Virus record (IMG/VR): IMGVR_UViG_3300045988_024297
Span: 1 to 32,758 of that record
Length of the DNA stretch: 32,758 nt
Direction: 5' to 3' (one strand)
Source: a virus
The position numbers and the translations under genes are program-made. The first letter of the stretch is position 1, and the number at the start of each line of letters is the position of its first letter. Positions 6,216-14,276 of the stretch are shown piece by piece. The notes under the pieces are model-generated. The model did not search any database, was not told the DNA's origin, and saw only the letters and a list, made by a program, of their open reading frames with translations.

Positions 6216-6724
6216 ATTCTGCCCTCCCCTTTCCGTGGTTATTATGAAAGTTAAATTTTAAATTGGCTTCCGCCCGTGCGGCGGCGGCTTCTTCCAATGT
6301 ATCGAATATTCCGAGGTATATAGCTTCCCGGTTTACCTCGATTTGGGCTATATACTTTTTCTCGGCTTTCGAGAAGTATACCCCCGTAACGCCCGAAGTG
6401 TTTTTGCCGCTTACTGATTGGTTTCTCATGTTCCCCCCTATGCGTTACAAACCGTAGGTTAACCAGGCGGTTATCATTTCTTACGTGATTTATGTGGTCT
6501 ACTTCGAGACCTTCTCCGTAGAAACCATAGCACATAAGCATCACGACGCGGTGCACCTGGTAAAGCCTTCCATGTACGCGAACACTTAAATATCCGCTCG
6601 ATTTATTTTGCGCTCCGGCTTCCAGTGTTTTAGGTACGCGGCTGTTAACGCGCCAGCGCCAATACAAAACACCCGTTTCGTAATCGTACCTAAATAATTC
6701 TAATGCTTCTCTATATTCTAACAC
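6199..6724 (-). pseudogene. HNH-AP2 homing endonuclease split by a 1-nt frameshift at a G6 run (plus-strand C6, 6433-6438)
   Basis: Frame 1 (6251-6724, GTG start) carries the HNH motif VDHINHVRNDNRLVNLRFVT. Frame 2 (6199-6429) carries an AP2 domain, NTSGVTGVYFSKAEKKYIAQIEVNREAIYLGIFDTLEEAAAAR. Removing one G gives ...VTHRGNMRNQSVSGKNTSGVTGV..., the usual HNH-AP2 junction. Confidence 0.7.
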
Positions 6725-6894
6725 AACATTGCTTTTATCATTAATAACTGCGAGTTGAACTCATGGAGAGCTGCCGGGGTTACGTGCCCCATTATGCGGT
6801 CGTAATCGGCAGCGCACTTAATGCGCTGACCGTTTATTACTATTTCGGCATGACCCGCGATACATTTTAACTTTAAATCTATATAGTTTACCAT
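6718..6894 (-). CDS. micro-ORF, 58 aa (not in ORF track)
   Basis: The ATG lies 6 nt after the stop of the 80-aa gene. Translation: MVNYIDLKLKCIAGHAEIVINGQRIKCAADYDRIMGHVTPAALHEFNSQLLMIKAMLC*. Its stop overlaps the HNH start. Confidence 0.4.
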   Translation of the reverse strand: MVNYIDLKLKCIAGHAEIVINGQRIKCAADYDRIMGHVTPAALHEFNSQLLMIKAMLC

Positions 6895-6900
6895 GGCTTT

Positions 6901-7143
6901 TTACTTCATTAATTTTGTTTTATAGAACACACAAATGCTTTTGAAATCCTGCTCCTCCGATATATACCCAAGCGTTTTACGCGAAAGGAAATTAACGTCT
7001 CGGGTGATATCGCGTTGCAACTGGTTTAGTATTTCCTCGGTGTTACCGAACTTATCGTCGCGCACATACAGCGCGCCGGACTTGATACCGAAGTACATAC
7101 CTAAACGGTATTCTATTTCTTCTTTTAAACTTCTCTTTTTCAT
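6901..7143 (-). CDS. hypothetical protein, 80 aa
   Basis: ATG ORF directly behind a conserved early promoter and leader. Confidence 0.6.
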   Translation of the reverse strand: MKKRSLKEEIEYRLGMYFGIKSGALYVRDDKFGNTEEILNQLQRDITRDVNFLSRKTLGYISEEQDFKSICVFYKTKLMK

Positions 7144-7166
7144 GATTTCTGTTTTTTAATTTGATA

Positions 7167-7505
7167 CTACAAAGATAACCCTTTTCCCGGTACGTTGTTT
7201 ATTTCCTTAACATTTCTTAAGAAGAAACTTATTGCAGCGTCCCGGCTTTCCAAATCGTCGATAACAAATACTTTGAAGCCTAAAGCCTCCAACTTGCTGT
7301 GTATCAGCAATTGTATCTTGGTTGGTTTCTTACCCGTGGTCTTTATCTCGGCGAAGCCTACATACCCACCTTGGCAAAGTATCATTCTATCCGGCAAACC
7401 TTTTATAAAGGTGGATAATAGTTTTATTACCCACACCTTTTTTGTTCGGTTAAGCTTTTCAGAGAATGTACGCTCTAAATCTTTTTCACTTATTATTTCC
7501 TTCAT
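7167..7505 (-). CDS. VRR-NUC family nuclease
   Basis: GLPDRMIL...GYVGFAEIKTTGKKPTKIQ matches the VRR-NUC core (PD...E-x-K...Q). Typical partner of SNF2 in this replication module. Confidence 0.72.
   Translation of the reverse strand: MKEIISEKDLERTFSEKLNRTKKVWVIKLLSTFIKGLPDRMILCQGGYVGFAEIKTTGKKPTKIQLLIHSKLEALGFKVFVIDDLESRDAAISFFLRNVKEINNVPGKGLSL
7170..7211 (-). promoter_or_regulatory. early promoter, conserved class (copy b), embedded in the 3' end of the VRR-NUC gene
   Basis: GTTAAG-gaaata-AACAAC-gtac-N12-TATCTTTG with 28-nt spacing. Confidence 0.6.
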
Positions 7506-7671
7506 TTCTCAATTTGCTTTTAAATACCACCGTCCCGGTAAGTCCCCAGTCTTCACGGTCTGCTATAATCGTATAGATGTGCCCGTTATATTCACCCCTA
7601 TACTTTAAAACCACTCCGTTATGTACTATCTCGTCTCCGATACCGTACGCGTATTCTTGTCTGCTTATCAT
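7486..7671 (-). CDS. hypothetical protein, 61 aa
   Basis: ATGA overlap with the upstream gene and a 20-nt overlap with the downstream gene. Confidence 0.5.
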   Translation of the reverse strand: MISRQEYAYGIGDEIVHNGVVLKYRGEYNGHIYTIIADREDWGLTGTVVFKSKLRNEGNNK

Positions 7672-8417
7672 AATGTAAATTGAATTGCTTTGTTTTCTAA
7701 TTTAATATTGCTTAAGACTTCGGGGTACATACCATCCGCGCGCTTTGCCGACATATTGCGATAGGTAAACTTGTCCCCTTTCATACCGAAGTAGCGGAAT
7801 AGCCGCCCGTCGTCAGTTACGATATAATCGTGTTTCTCGTAGTTCGTACCTACATGCCCTATCTTTAGCGAGCTTCTGTGATTGCCGAAACGGTTTAGCT
7901 CGAACGTTTTTGGTGGCAGGTGCGTTTCCGAGGTGTATAGCCATTGTTTTAACTCCGAAAGGTCTGTGTATAAGTGGTTGCCTGCTGCGTTGACACCTAA
8001 ATACATGTAGGGGGAGTTACCAGTCATGAACACCGAGTAACCTACGTACTTACCGTTCCACTTCTCACCCTCAACATAGAACATTGCTGGCTTCATTGTC
8101 TCGTCCAAGCAAAATACCGTTGTATCGTCGCTTTCCTCGTCCCCTACGGGCTTTTCTTCCTCAACTGGTGTAGTTATCTTGGTTTCCTTTAAAACTTCCT
8201 TGGATAGCTCCGCAATGCGATATTTGCAAATGTGGATAATCTTTTTGTAGTCAAGTGTCCGTTCCTCCCCCTCTTTGGTTCGGAGAATGCGCTTCACTAT
8301 ATCCGCGTCCCAGGGGTTAAGGTTATACTCTTTCCAAATGTCCCATGGCTGGATAGCATGTTTTGCATAATCGGACTTACCTACGTTGTAACTCTGTACG
8401 TTTTCACTTGTTGACAT
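7668..8417 (-). CDS. DUF3310-like N-terminal domain protein with an unknown ~150-aa C-terminal domain
   Basis: The N-terminus (KSDYAKHAIQPWDIWKEYNLNPWDADIVKRILR...DYKKIIHICKY) resembles the phage DUF3310/SaV-type domain from memory. An acidic linker follows, then a novel domain. Confidence 0.55.
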   Translation of the reverse strand: MSTSENVQSYNVGKSDYAKHAIQPWDIWKEYNLNPWDADIVKRILRTKEGEERTLDYKKIIHICKYRIAELSKEVLKETKITTPVEEEKPVGDEESDDTTVFCLDETMKPAMFYVEGEKWNGKYVGYSVFMTGNSPYMYLGVNAAGNHLYTDLSELKQWLYTSETHLPPKTFELNRFGNHRSSLKIGHVGTNYEKHDYIVTDDGRLFRYFGMKGDKFTYRNMSAKRADGMYPEVLSNIKLENKAIQFTL

Positions 8418-8565
8418 AACACAATATTATTTTATTTGTTTTGAACTCGTTTTTATAAAACTCCCGTGCCATCTCCACGGTTGGAAACACCCCATCTCCG
8501 GGGGTCGGATAATAAGAGGTACGTTCCCCTGCGTTTACTGCGATAACTTTTAAGATAGTAACCAT
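8404..8565 (-). CDS. micro-ORF, 53 aa (not in ORF track)
   Basis: Hand translation: MVTILKVIAVNAGERTSYYPTPGDGVFPTVEMAREFYKNEFKTNKIILCYVNK*. It overlaps the start of the next gene by 14 nt. Confidence 0.4.
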   Translation of the reverse strand: MVTILKVIAVNAGERTSYYPTPGDGVFPTVEMAREFYKNEFKTNKIILCYVNK

Positions 8566-8566
8566 T

Positions 8567-8770
8567 TTAATTGTTTTCTAAGTTAATACACTCCGTTAGC
8601 TCCTGCATGCTCGTTTCTGTAAGTTGGCGCGTGTATGTCTGCCCCAGCATACCGATAAACGGTTTGCCATCTACGTACATGATACGAGATACGTGTTCAA
8701 CGTTAATAAACTCTGCTTGCAATTCACCTTTAACTACGAACGTCAGTTCGATAAAGTTTCCACTTTTCTT
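8567..8770 (-). pseudogene. 67-codon open frame with a conserved leader but AAG where the ATG is expected
   Basis: The leader ACAATTTTAAAAAGAAAAGATT-AAG-AAAAG aligns with ACAATTTAAAAAACAAAAGATT-ATG-AAAAAG (gene at 9222). The frame is open from 8782 to TAA 8567-8569, and the first in-frame ATG is at 8680. Confidence 0.3.
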
Positions 8771-8811
8771 AATCTTTTCTTTTTAAAATTGTATATAATA
8801 AAAACACTTCT

Positions 8812-9222
8812 TTAATTTTCCAACGCCTCAACCATTTTCCTAAGTTCTCCGCGGCTTATGGCTATACTGAAAATCTCCGTTAACTTCTCGGTGATTACCC
8901 ATGTGCCATTCAGCTTTTGGAAATACGCTTCATTGTTGCTCGGGTTGTTTAGGTTCACCGTCTCGCCCTTACTGGGTTTGTATTCTGCAAGGCTTGCAAG
9001 CGTTACCGCCGCCTCCTTGGGTGTACCTAAATGGACTTTCATTATATACCTTTCGGTCTCACGCGTTACTGCCTCGATGGTTATCTCCCCGTTAGTATCA
9101 ACCAATTTGCAGACGCCCATACGGAACGATTTCAGTACATCGGGTTTACCCTGCGACGTAATTTGGCTAAACATTGATACACTTGTAAAAATTAACACCG
9201 CTAATACTACTAACTTTTTCAT
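8812..9222 (-). CDS. secreted protein, 136 aa (signal peptide)
   Basis: The N-terminus MKKLVVLAVLIFTSVSMFSQ is a typical Sec signal. It has its own promoter and an approximately 350-nt leader. Confidence 0.7.
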   Translation of the reverse strand: MKKLVVLAVLIFTSVSMFSQITSQGKPDVLKSFRMGVCKLVDTNGEITIEAVTRETERYIMKVHLGTPKEAAVTLASLAEYKPSKGETVNLNNPSNNEAYFQKLNGTWVITEKLTEIFSIAISRGELRKMVEALEN

Positions 9223-9577
9223 AATCTTTTGTTTTTTAAATTGTTATACTATATAAACGTTTGCGGCTCTGAAAAGGTTCGCCGCTTTCCCTTTTTCTTT
9301 TTAAAAAACTATTCGGCGTCTGAATCCCTTTCACTTTTCAGTCTTTCCCTTTCGGGTATCGTGCTCTTGGTTTTGGTGAAGAGCAGCCTCTTAGTTTTTT
9401 GTTTGTTGTAAGGTTTCTAAAGATTCGAGCTTTATAGCTTCATTTAATCGGATACCGAACTTTCATTTAACCCTTTCGAGATACGTTTGCTTTTTTTCTC
9501 GTCTTATGAATTTAATCTTTTAACCAGCCTTTTGCGTTTTAGTAAGCTGATGGGGTCTTTAGTTCCTTTCAACACTA
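9223..9577 (-). other. long untranslated leader or ncRNA with GAAAGGG repeats
   Basis: No ORF longer than 8 codons. GAAAGGG (coding strand) occurs at 9471-9477, 9347-9353 and 9326-9332, with a partial copy at 9289-9295. Hairpins TGCTCTT/AAGAGCA and GCGGC/GCCGC. Confidence 0.45.
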
Positions 9578-9619
9578 CAAATATACGGCAAATAACGATA
9601 GGTTGTATATTTTGTTAAC
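9578..9619 (-). promoter_or_regulatory. early promoter, conserved class (copy c)
   Basis: GTTAAC-aaaata-TACAAC-ctat-N12-TATATTTG with 28-nt spacing. Two more GTTAAC sites lie just upstream (9654-9659, 9665-9670). Confidence 0.6.
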
Positions 9620-9699
9620 ACCATTTAAGAAATAAATCTCATTTAGTTATTCTGTTAACAGTTAGTTAACATCTGGGGGCTTTTACACCCCCTCTGTTA

Positions 9700-12138
9700 T
9701 CACTCGTTAACAATACGCTCAAACCCTCGTGCGCGTCCGATACCCATAACTGACTTGGCATCTGCCGAACGTTTCCACCCTGGTATCTTAGACATGATGG
9801 CAGCTATTTCCCTGCTCTCTTTGGCAGTTACGCGCCCTACCTCCATCTCGAACACATCCGTAGCGATTTGCATGGTAGATACGAAGTCCATTTTTTCCAG
9901 TGTAAAATCTTCCGGGTCTATCTTTGACGCGTCGTACTCCCTAAAGTACATGCGTCGCTCATTCAAAAACATGCGCCGCCAATCCGAGGGCACAAGCATG
10001 TTCAAATATGCCTCTACTGATGCCGTACGAGGGTCTGCCTCGAAATGCTCTTCGCGTCCTCTCTCGGCTATTGCTTCGGCTTCACGGGATAACAACGTAC
10101 TTACTTTGCGGAAATACATTTGGACTGCCTCGGCCCAAAGCTGGTCTACATATTCGTCGAACTCCTTCTCAAAGATAAGATGTGTATTGGCGTTTGCCTT
10201 GACCTTCACTGGCAAAAAGCGTCTGCCGCCCGTATCGTCCTTTAGAAATTCGTCCCGGTTGGTTGTACCTATAAATATACATTGCCTGGGGAAGTTCTTA
10301 GTAACACGTCCGTATGCTGGTCTGAAGCTGTCCTCTGTTTTAGAGATGAAGTTTTTCACGCCCTCAACTTCTGAACGTCGCATTGCCGACAACTCGGCTA
10401 CCTCCAATATCCAGTTACCCTGCAATTGTTCAAACGCGCCCTTACCATCCATACTTGAAAGGCTATCAGAGAACCATTGCTTACCCAGCTTTCTGATGAA
10501 TGTGCTCTTTCCTGCGCCCTGCTCGGACTGGAGCACTAACATGCTATCGAACTTGCAGCCCTTTTGAAAGATACGCTTAACTGCCCCTACCATCATAATT
10601 CGGAATGCTTCTCGGGTGTATATGTTATCCTCGGCGTCCATGATGTGAATTAAGGCCTTATCAACTCTTTCGATACCATCCCACTTTAATTTTGTTAGGT
10701 ATTCCTGCACTGGGTGGAAAGAATTCATTTCCGCGGATAGTGCTATGGCATCGTCAATCTTCGCACTGTTGGATATGCCGTACACGTCTTCAATGTGTTT
10801 ACGTACACCCGAATAGTCCACGTCCTGGAAGTCCAAAGAACTATCCTTTGCACGCCAAAGGGGTACACGGGTAACAACCCGGCGTTCTTTAAATAGGTCT
10901 CGTGCAATAAGCCCCTTTAAATTGGGGTCATACTTCATTATCAGCCCTAAATTCTTTGCGGATGGTAGGTAAGCGCCGCGCTTATCGGTTTCGAGCTTTG
11001 CCATTGCGTCCTCGTACGTAGTTGCCACATCGGCATCCGTCGCTTCCTCTACTTCTATAACGTCGTCGAAATCGTCCATGATTTCACCAGCCTTAACTGC
11101 CAGCATACGGGCGCGCGCCGCTGCCACCTTTGCATCCTTGTTTACCAACTCGTTCATGGCTTCGGTGGAGTTCTTCCTATCCGCGCCCTTATCCAACTTA
11201 CCGAACTTGTGTACACGTACAAGGTCATAGGCGTTGAACACGTGGTTGCCTTGTATGGGGTCGTTGTTGTGGAACGAATAAGCGAACATATCGTTAAAGG
11301 TAAGCATACCGCCCGAAGTAGACCCACCCGTATACGTCCATCTGTCTTCCTGCTCGGTAGGTTCGTAAACGTCTGGTAGGTATTCCGCGATAACCTCGCT
11401 AATCGTGTAGGCCCTGCAAAAGTCGCCTACATTACCCTCTTTTAGCGTGGGGTCTTGTTGTTCTTTAGCAAGCGTCCGGGCTTCTCCCTTCTCGTCCTTG
11501 TGATATGCCCATTCGGTTGTATCGCTCCAATCGTCGTACATGCCCAAATACTTCTGCACGTCCAAAGGGTTTTCATTGAATGCCGAGTAATCTATAAACT
11601 CATATTCCACGTCTTTGGAAACCGATGGGAAAAACATGCAGCGCTCGGGTTGAAAGGTGGTGCGGTCGTACAAGTCGATACCCGTCAACTCTGCAACCTT
11701 TCGGGCGATGGCTTCGTATTGTTCCCCGTCCACTGGTTCGGACAACGGAATGATAACACGGTATCTAAGCGTATTGGCTTTCGGGTTATGCTTGTGCGTA
11801 CCGTGTATGATACACGCGCAATTGATAACCGAGTAGAACGCTTCCGGGAAGTTCTTTTCCCCGTAGTCAATGTCAAGCGCCAATATAGAGCGCTCACCGA
11901 CATTGTTTTTGTTTCTACGGCTACCGAACAATTCGCCACCCATGAACGCGCCTACGTCTTTAATATTACCCTGCTCGGCTTTGCTTGCGCTCATGAACTC
12001 CCGGTACGTCTCATCCGTAACGACTGCCCGTGTCAGCTTCTCGGTTAACTCGTCCCATGAGTAGGAGCGGTTTTTCCACGAAGTAGATTTCGCGCTGCTT
12101 GCTGTAGCAATTTTAAAAACCATTTTTCGCAAATCCAT
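9700..12138 (-). CDS. bifunctional AEP primase-polymerase / VirE(D5)-type helicase
   Basis: N-terminal AEP motifs (LALDIDYG, IIHGTHKH). C-terminal P-loop QSEQGAGKSTF and a Walker-B-like ILEVAEL. 812 aa. Confidence 0.85.
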   Translation of the reverse strand: MDLRKMVFKIATASSAKSTSWKNRSYSWDELTEKLTRAVVTDETYREFMSASKAEQGNIKDVGAFMGGELFGSRRNKNNVGERSILALDIDYGEKNFPEAFYSVINCACIIHGTHKHNPKANTLRYRVIIPLSEPVDGEQYEAIARKVAELTGIDLYDRTTFQPERCMFFPSVSKDVEYEFIDYSAFNENPLDVQKYLGMYDDWSDTTEWAYHKDEKGEARTLAKEQQDPTLKEGNVGDFCRAYTISEVIAEYLPDVYEPTEQEDRWTYTGGSTSGGMLTFNDMFAYSFHNNDPIQGNHVFNAYDLVRVHKFGKLDKGADRKNSTEAMNELVNKDAKVAAARARMLAVKAGEIMDDFDDVIEVEEATDADVATTYEDAMAKLETDKRGAYLPSAKNLGLIMKYDPNLKGLIARDLFKERRVVTRVPLWRAKDSSLDFQDVDYSGVRKHIEDVYGISNSAKIDDAIALSAEMNSFHPVQEYLTKLKWDGIERVDKALIHIMDAEDNIYTREAFRIMMVGAVKRIFQKGCKFDSMLVLQSEQGAGKSTFIRKLGKQWFSDSLSSMDGKGAFEQLQGNWILEVAELSAMRRSEVEGVKNFISKTEDSFRPAYGRVTKNFPRQCIFIGTTNRDEFLKDDTGGRRFLPVKVKANANTHLIFEKEFDEYVDQLWAEAVQMYFRKVSTLLSREAEAIAERGREEHFEADPRTASVEAYLNMLVPSDWRRMFLNERRMYFREYDASKIDPEDFTLEKMDFVSTMQIATDVFEMEVGRVTAKESREIAAIMSKIPGWKRSADAKSVMGIGRARGFERIVNE

Positions 12139-12142
12139 AATT

Positions 12143-14161
12143 TTAATCTTTTTTGTAATAATCAGTAATATAACCTGCTGCTCTTAATGGTATGCCCTTT
12201 GCCCAACTCGGGGCTCTGCACATGGCATCGCTCATTATTTGCAGCGTCTTTTCTTCATTTCCGTCCTTCGGTATCTCGGCGGCTATTTCATCGTGAACAT
12301 GCAGCACGATATTAAAGCCTAAATCAAAAACCTTGAAAATCGCATTTGCCAGCAAGTCACGGGCTATCGCCTGCACAACGTTCTCGGTTAACTTGCCTCC
12401 GTAGGTGTTTAGTTTAACCCATTTCCCGGAGGTTTGGTCTTGACCCATGTAGGAGATATCCTCAACTTCAAACGAGCCGTTAACGCCTTCTATGGTACGC
12501 TTCCCCATTCTTGCAGACGGGTAGAATAGCTTTCTACCGCTCGGTAGTTCAATAGTCATTGTGCCGCTCTCGTATCGGAAGATAATACTTGAAACGTCGT
12601 CTATCCTATAAACTTGTTCGCGTCTCGTTCCTATACATCGTTTTGCACAATCTTCTAACGAACGCCACAAAGATACTATTTTTTTATTAGCTTCTCTCCA
12701 TTTTGACAATATTTGAGGTTTTTCCTCATCTGTTAACGCTTTCTTAATATCCATTGTAGTAAGGGCATTAACGCCGCCGCCGTATCCGAGTGCAAGCTCT
12801 GCGACCTTTCCTCGCTGTCTTAAATCGTCTCCCTTGTGTACCGGGACACCGAACATTTTAGATGCCGAGGCGCAATATATATCAGCCTTTGGGTCGTTAA
12901 ATAAGTCTAAACGCCATTGTTCATTAGCAACCCATGCTATTACTCGGGCTTCGATAGCCGAGAAGTCAGCCACGGAGAACGTGTACCCCTCGGGGGCGAT
13001 AAACGCGGTACGTATAAGCTGCGATAGTATATGCGTAGGCTTGTCATATATTAATTCCATCATATCCAAGTCGTGCATTTTCGCCAGGTCTCGTGCCCCG
13101 TCCAGGTCTTCGATGTGGTTCTGCGGTAGGTTCTGCAATTGAACCAAGCGCCCAGCCCATCGCCCGGTACGGTTCGCCCCGTAGTAACGGAACAAACCTC
13201 TGATACGGTTGCCCCGTCCAGCGCTTGCAAGTATGGCGGTGTACTTGGCGTTAGACGTTTTGCCTATCTCCCTACGAAGGTCGATAACGTCTAACACTGC
13301 TTGCTTATCCTCGTCAGTAACGTTTTTAAGGCTCGCCACGGTCTTTATCACCTCCTCTATGCTATTCTTATTGAGCGAATCAATAACCACGCCCGTACGC
13401 TCTTTAATGAAGCCCTTAAGCTGCGGCATGGACTTTAAGGAGCTTAATCCGAAAACCTTTTCAGCTCTTTCGGTTAGGCGTGCTTTATATTCTTCGTCCA
13501 TATCCTGCGCGGCGTGTGCCAATTCGAGGTCAGCCAATATACCGTAATCGTTTATGCGCTGGTCTGCCGCATAAATGCGTTGTTCTTCTTCCGGGAATTC
13601 AAACCGGGATAATTTATCGAATATTTCCTTTTCTGAAAGCACATCGTAACGTAGGTAATCTTTGAACTCCTCCCAGTCATCGAGGGCGTGTTCGGGCAGA
13701 TTGCGTGTGCGCCCTCCGTTTGTTTTGGTAGGTTTGCACGGAATAGAAAAATAACGGATGAGGTTCTTTCCCGTGCCCTTCTTCTTATCGTCCAGGTTCA
13801 GAATATTAGATACTGCTTCAAGCGATGCAGGCATACCGCAATATAATGACATGTTAGCAGTACAGAAAAAGCGCATAGGGCTGATGTCAAACCCGTACTC
13901 GCGCAAACAGATACGCTCAAACGTAGCGTTGTGTGCTACTATCACAACGTCCTCGTTGTTCTGTACATACGTGAACAACTCGTTGAACTCACCCAGCCCT
14001 CCGGGCTTTGTTAGGTCAATAATTGAAACGTCCGTGTCGGTGTCCCACATGTAGCCGCAGAGGAGAATTTCGAAATTCTTGTCCTCGCAGTATTTATAGT
14101 TACCAGCGCTTTTAATGTCCGTTTCCGAATACGTTTCAAAATCAATAAATAGATGTCTCAT
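12143..14161 (-). CDS. family-A DNA polymerase with 3'-5' exonuclease domain
   Basis: Exo I FIDFETYS, motif A ADFSAIEARV, motif B RQRGKVAELALGYGGG, motif C VHDEI. Confidence 0.92.
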   Translation of the reverse strand: MRHLFIDFETYSETDIKSAGNYKYCEDKNFEILLCGYMWDTDTDVSIIDLTKPGGLGEFNELFTYVQNNEDVVIVAHNATFERICLREYGFDISPMRFFCTANMSLYCGMPASLEAVSNILNLDDKKKGTGKNLIRYFSIPCKPTKTNGGRTRNLPEHALDDWEEFKDYLRYDVLSEKEIFDKLSRFEFPEEEQRIYAADQRINDYGILADLELAHAAQDMDEEYKARLTERAEKVFGLSSLKSMPQLKGFIKERTGVVIDSLNKNSIEEVIKTVASLKNVTDEDKQAVLDVIDLRREIGKTSNAKYTAILASAGRGNRIRGLFRYYGANRTGRWAGRLVQLQNLPQNHIEDLDGARDLAKMHDLDMMELIYDKPTHILSQLIRTAFIAPEGYTFSVADFSAIEARVIAWVANEQWRLDLFNDPKADIYCASASKMFGVPVHKGDDLRQRGKVAELALGYGGGVNALTTMDIKKALTDEEKPQILSKWREANKKIVSLWRSLEDCAKRCIGTRREQVYRIDDVSSIIFRYESGTMTIELPSGRKLFYPSARMGKRTIEGVNGSFEVEDISYMGQDQTSGKWVKLNTYGGKLTENVVQAIARDLLANAIFKVFDLGFNIVLHVHDEIAAEIPKDGNEEKTLQIMSDAMCRAPSWAKGIPLRAAGYITDYYKKD

Positions 14162-14197
14162 AAATCACTGTTTTAATTGTTATTACTATTACAACGG

Positions 14198-14205
14198 CAA
14201 AGGTA
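14198..14205 (-). promoter_or_regulatory. putative -7 box TACCTTTG upstream of the DNA polymerase gene
   Basis: Plus-strand CAAAGGTA, 37 nt upstream of the ATG and directly after a strong terminator. Confidence 0.45.
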
Positions 14206-14221
14206 CGACAGTGTTTTTAAT

Positions 14222-14272
14222 AAACAAGAAAAAAGGCTATCAATTGCATTCATTTAACAATTGATAGCCTTT
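14222..14272 (-). terminator. rho-independent terminator after the metallophosphoesterase gene
   Basis: Perfect 15-bp stem AAAGGCTATCAATTG/CAATTGATAGCCTTT with an 11-nt loop and a T-run (TTTTTTCTTGTTT) on the minus strand. Confidence 0.85.
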
Positions 14273-14276
14273 TAAC

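Noticed and set aside
9755-10567. Long plus-strand ORFs (this 270-aa ORF, also 27284-27811, 28100-28591, 11455-12048, 19555-20163 and others).
   Set aside because: All lie antisense to motif-bearing minus-strand genes. They have low-complexity S/A/L/C-rich translations, and I saw no promoter or leader signals upstream of them. They are shadow ORFs.
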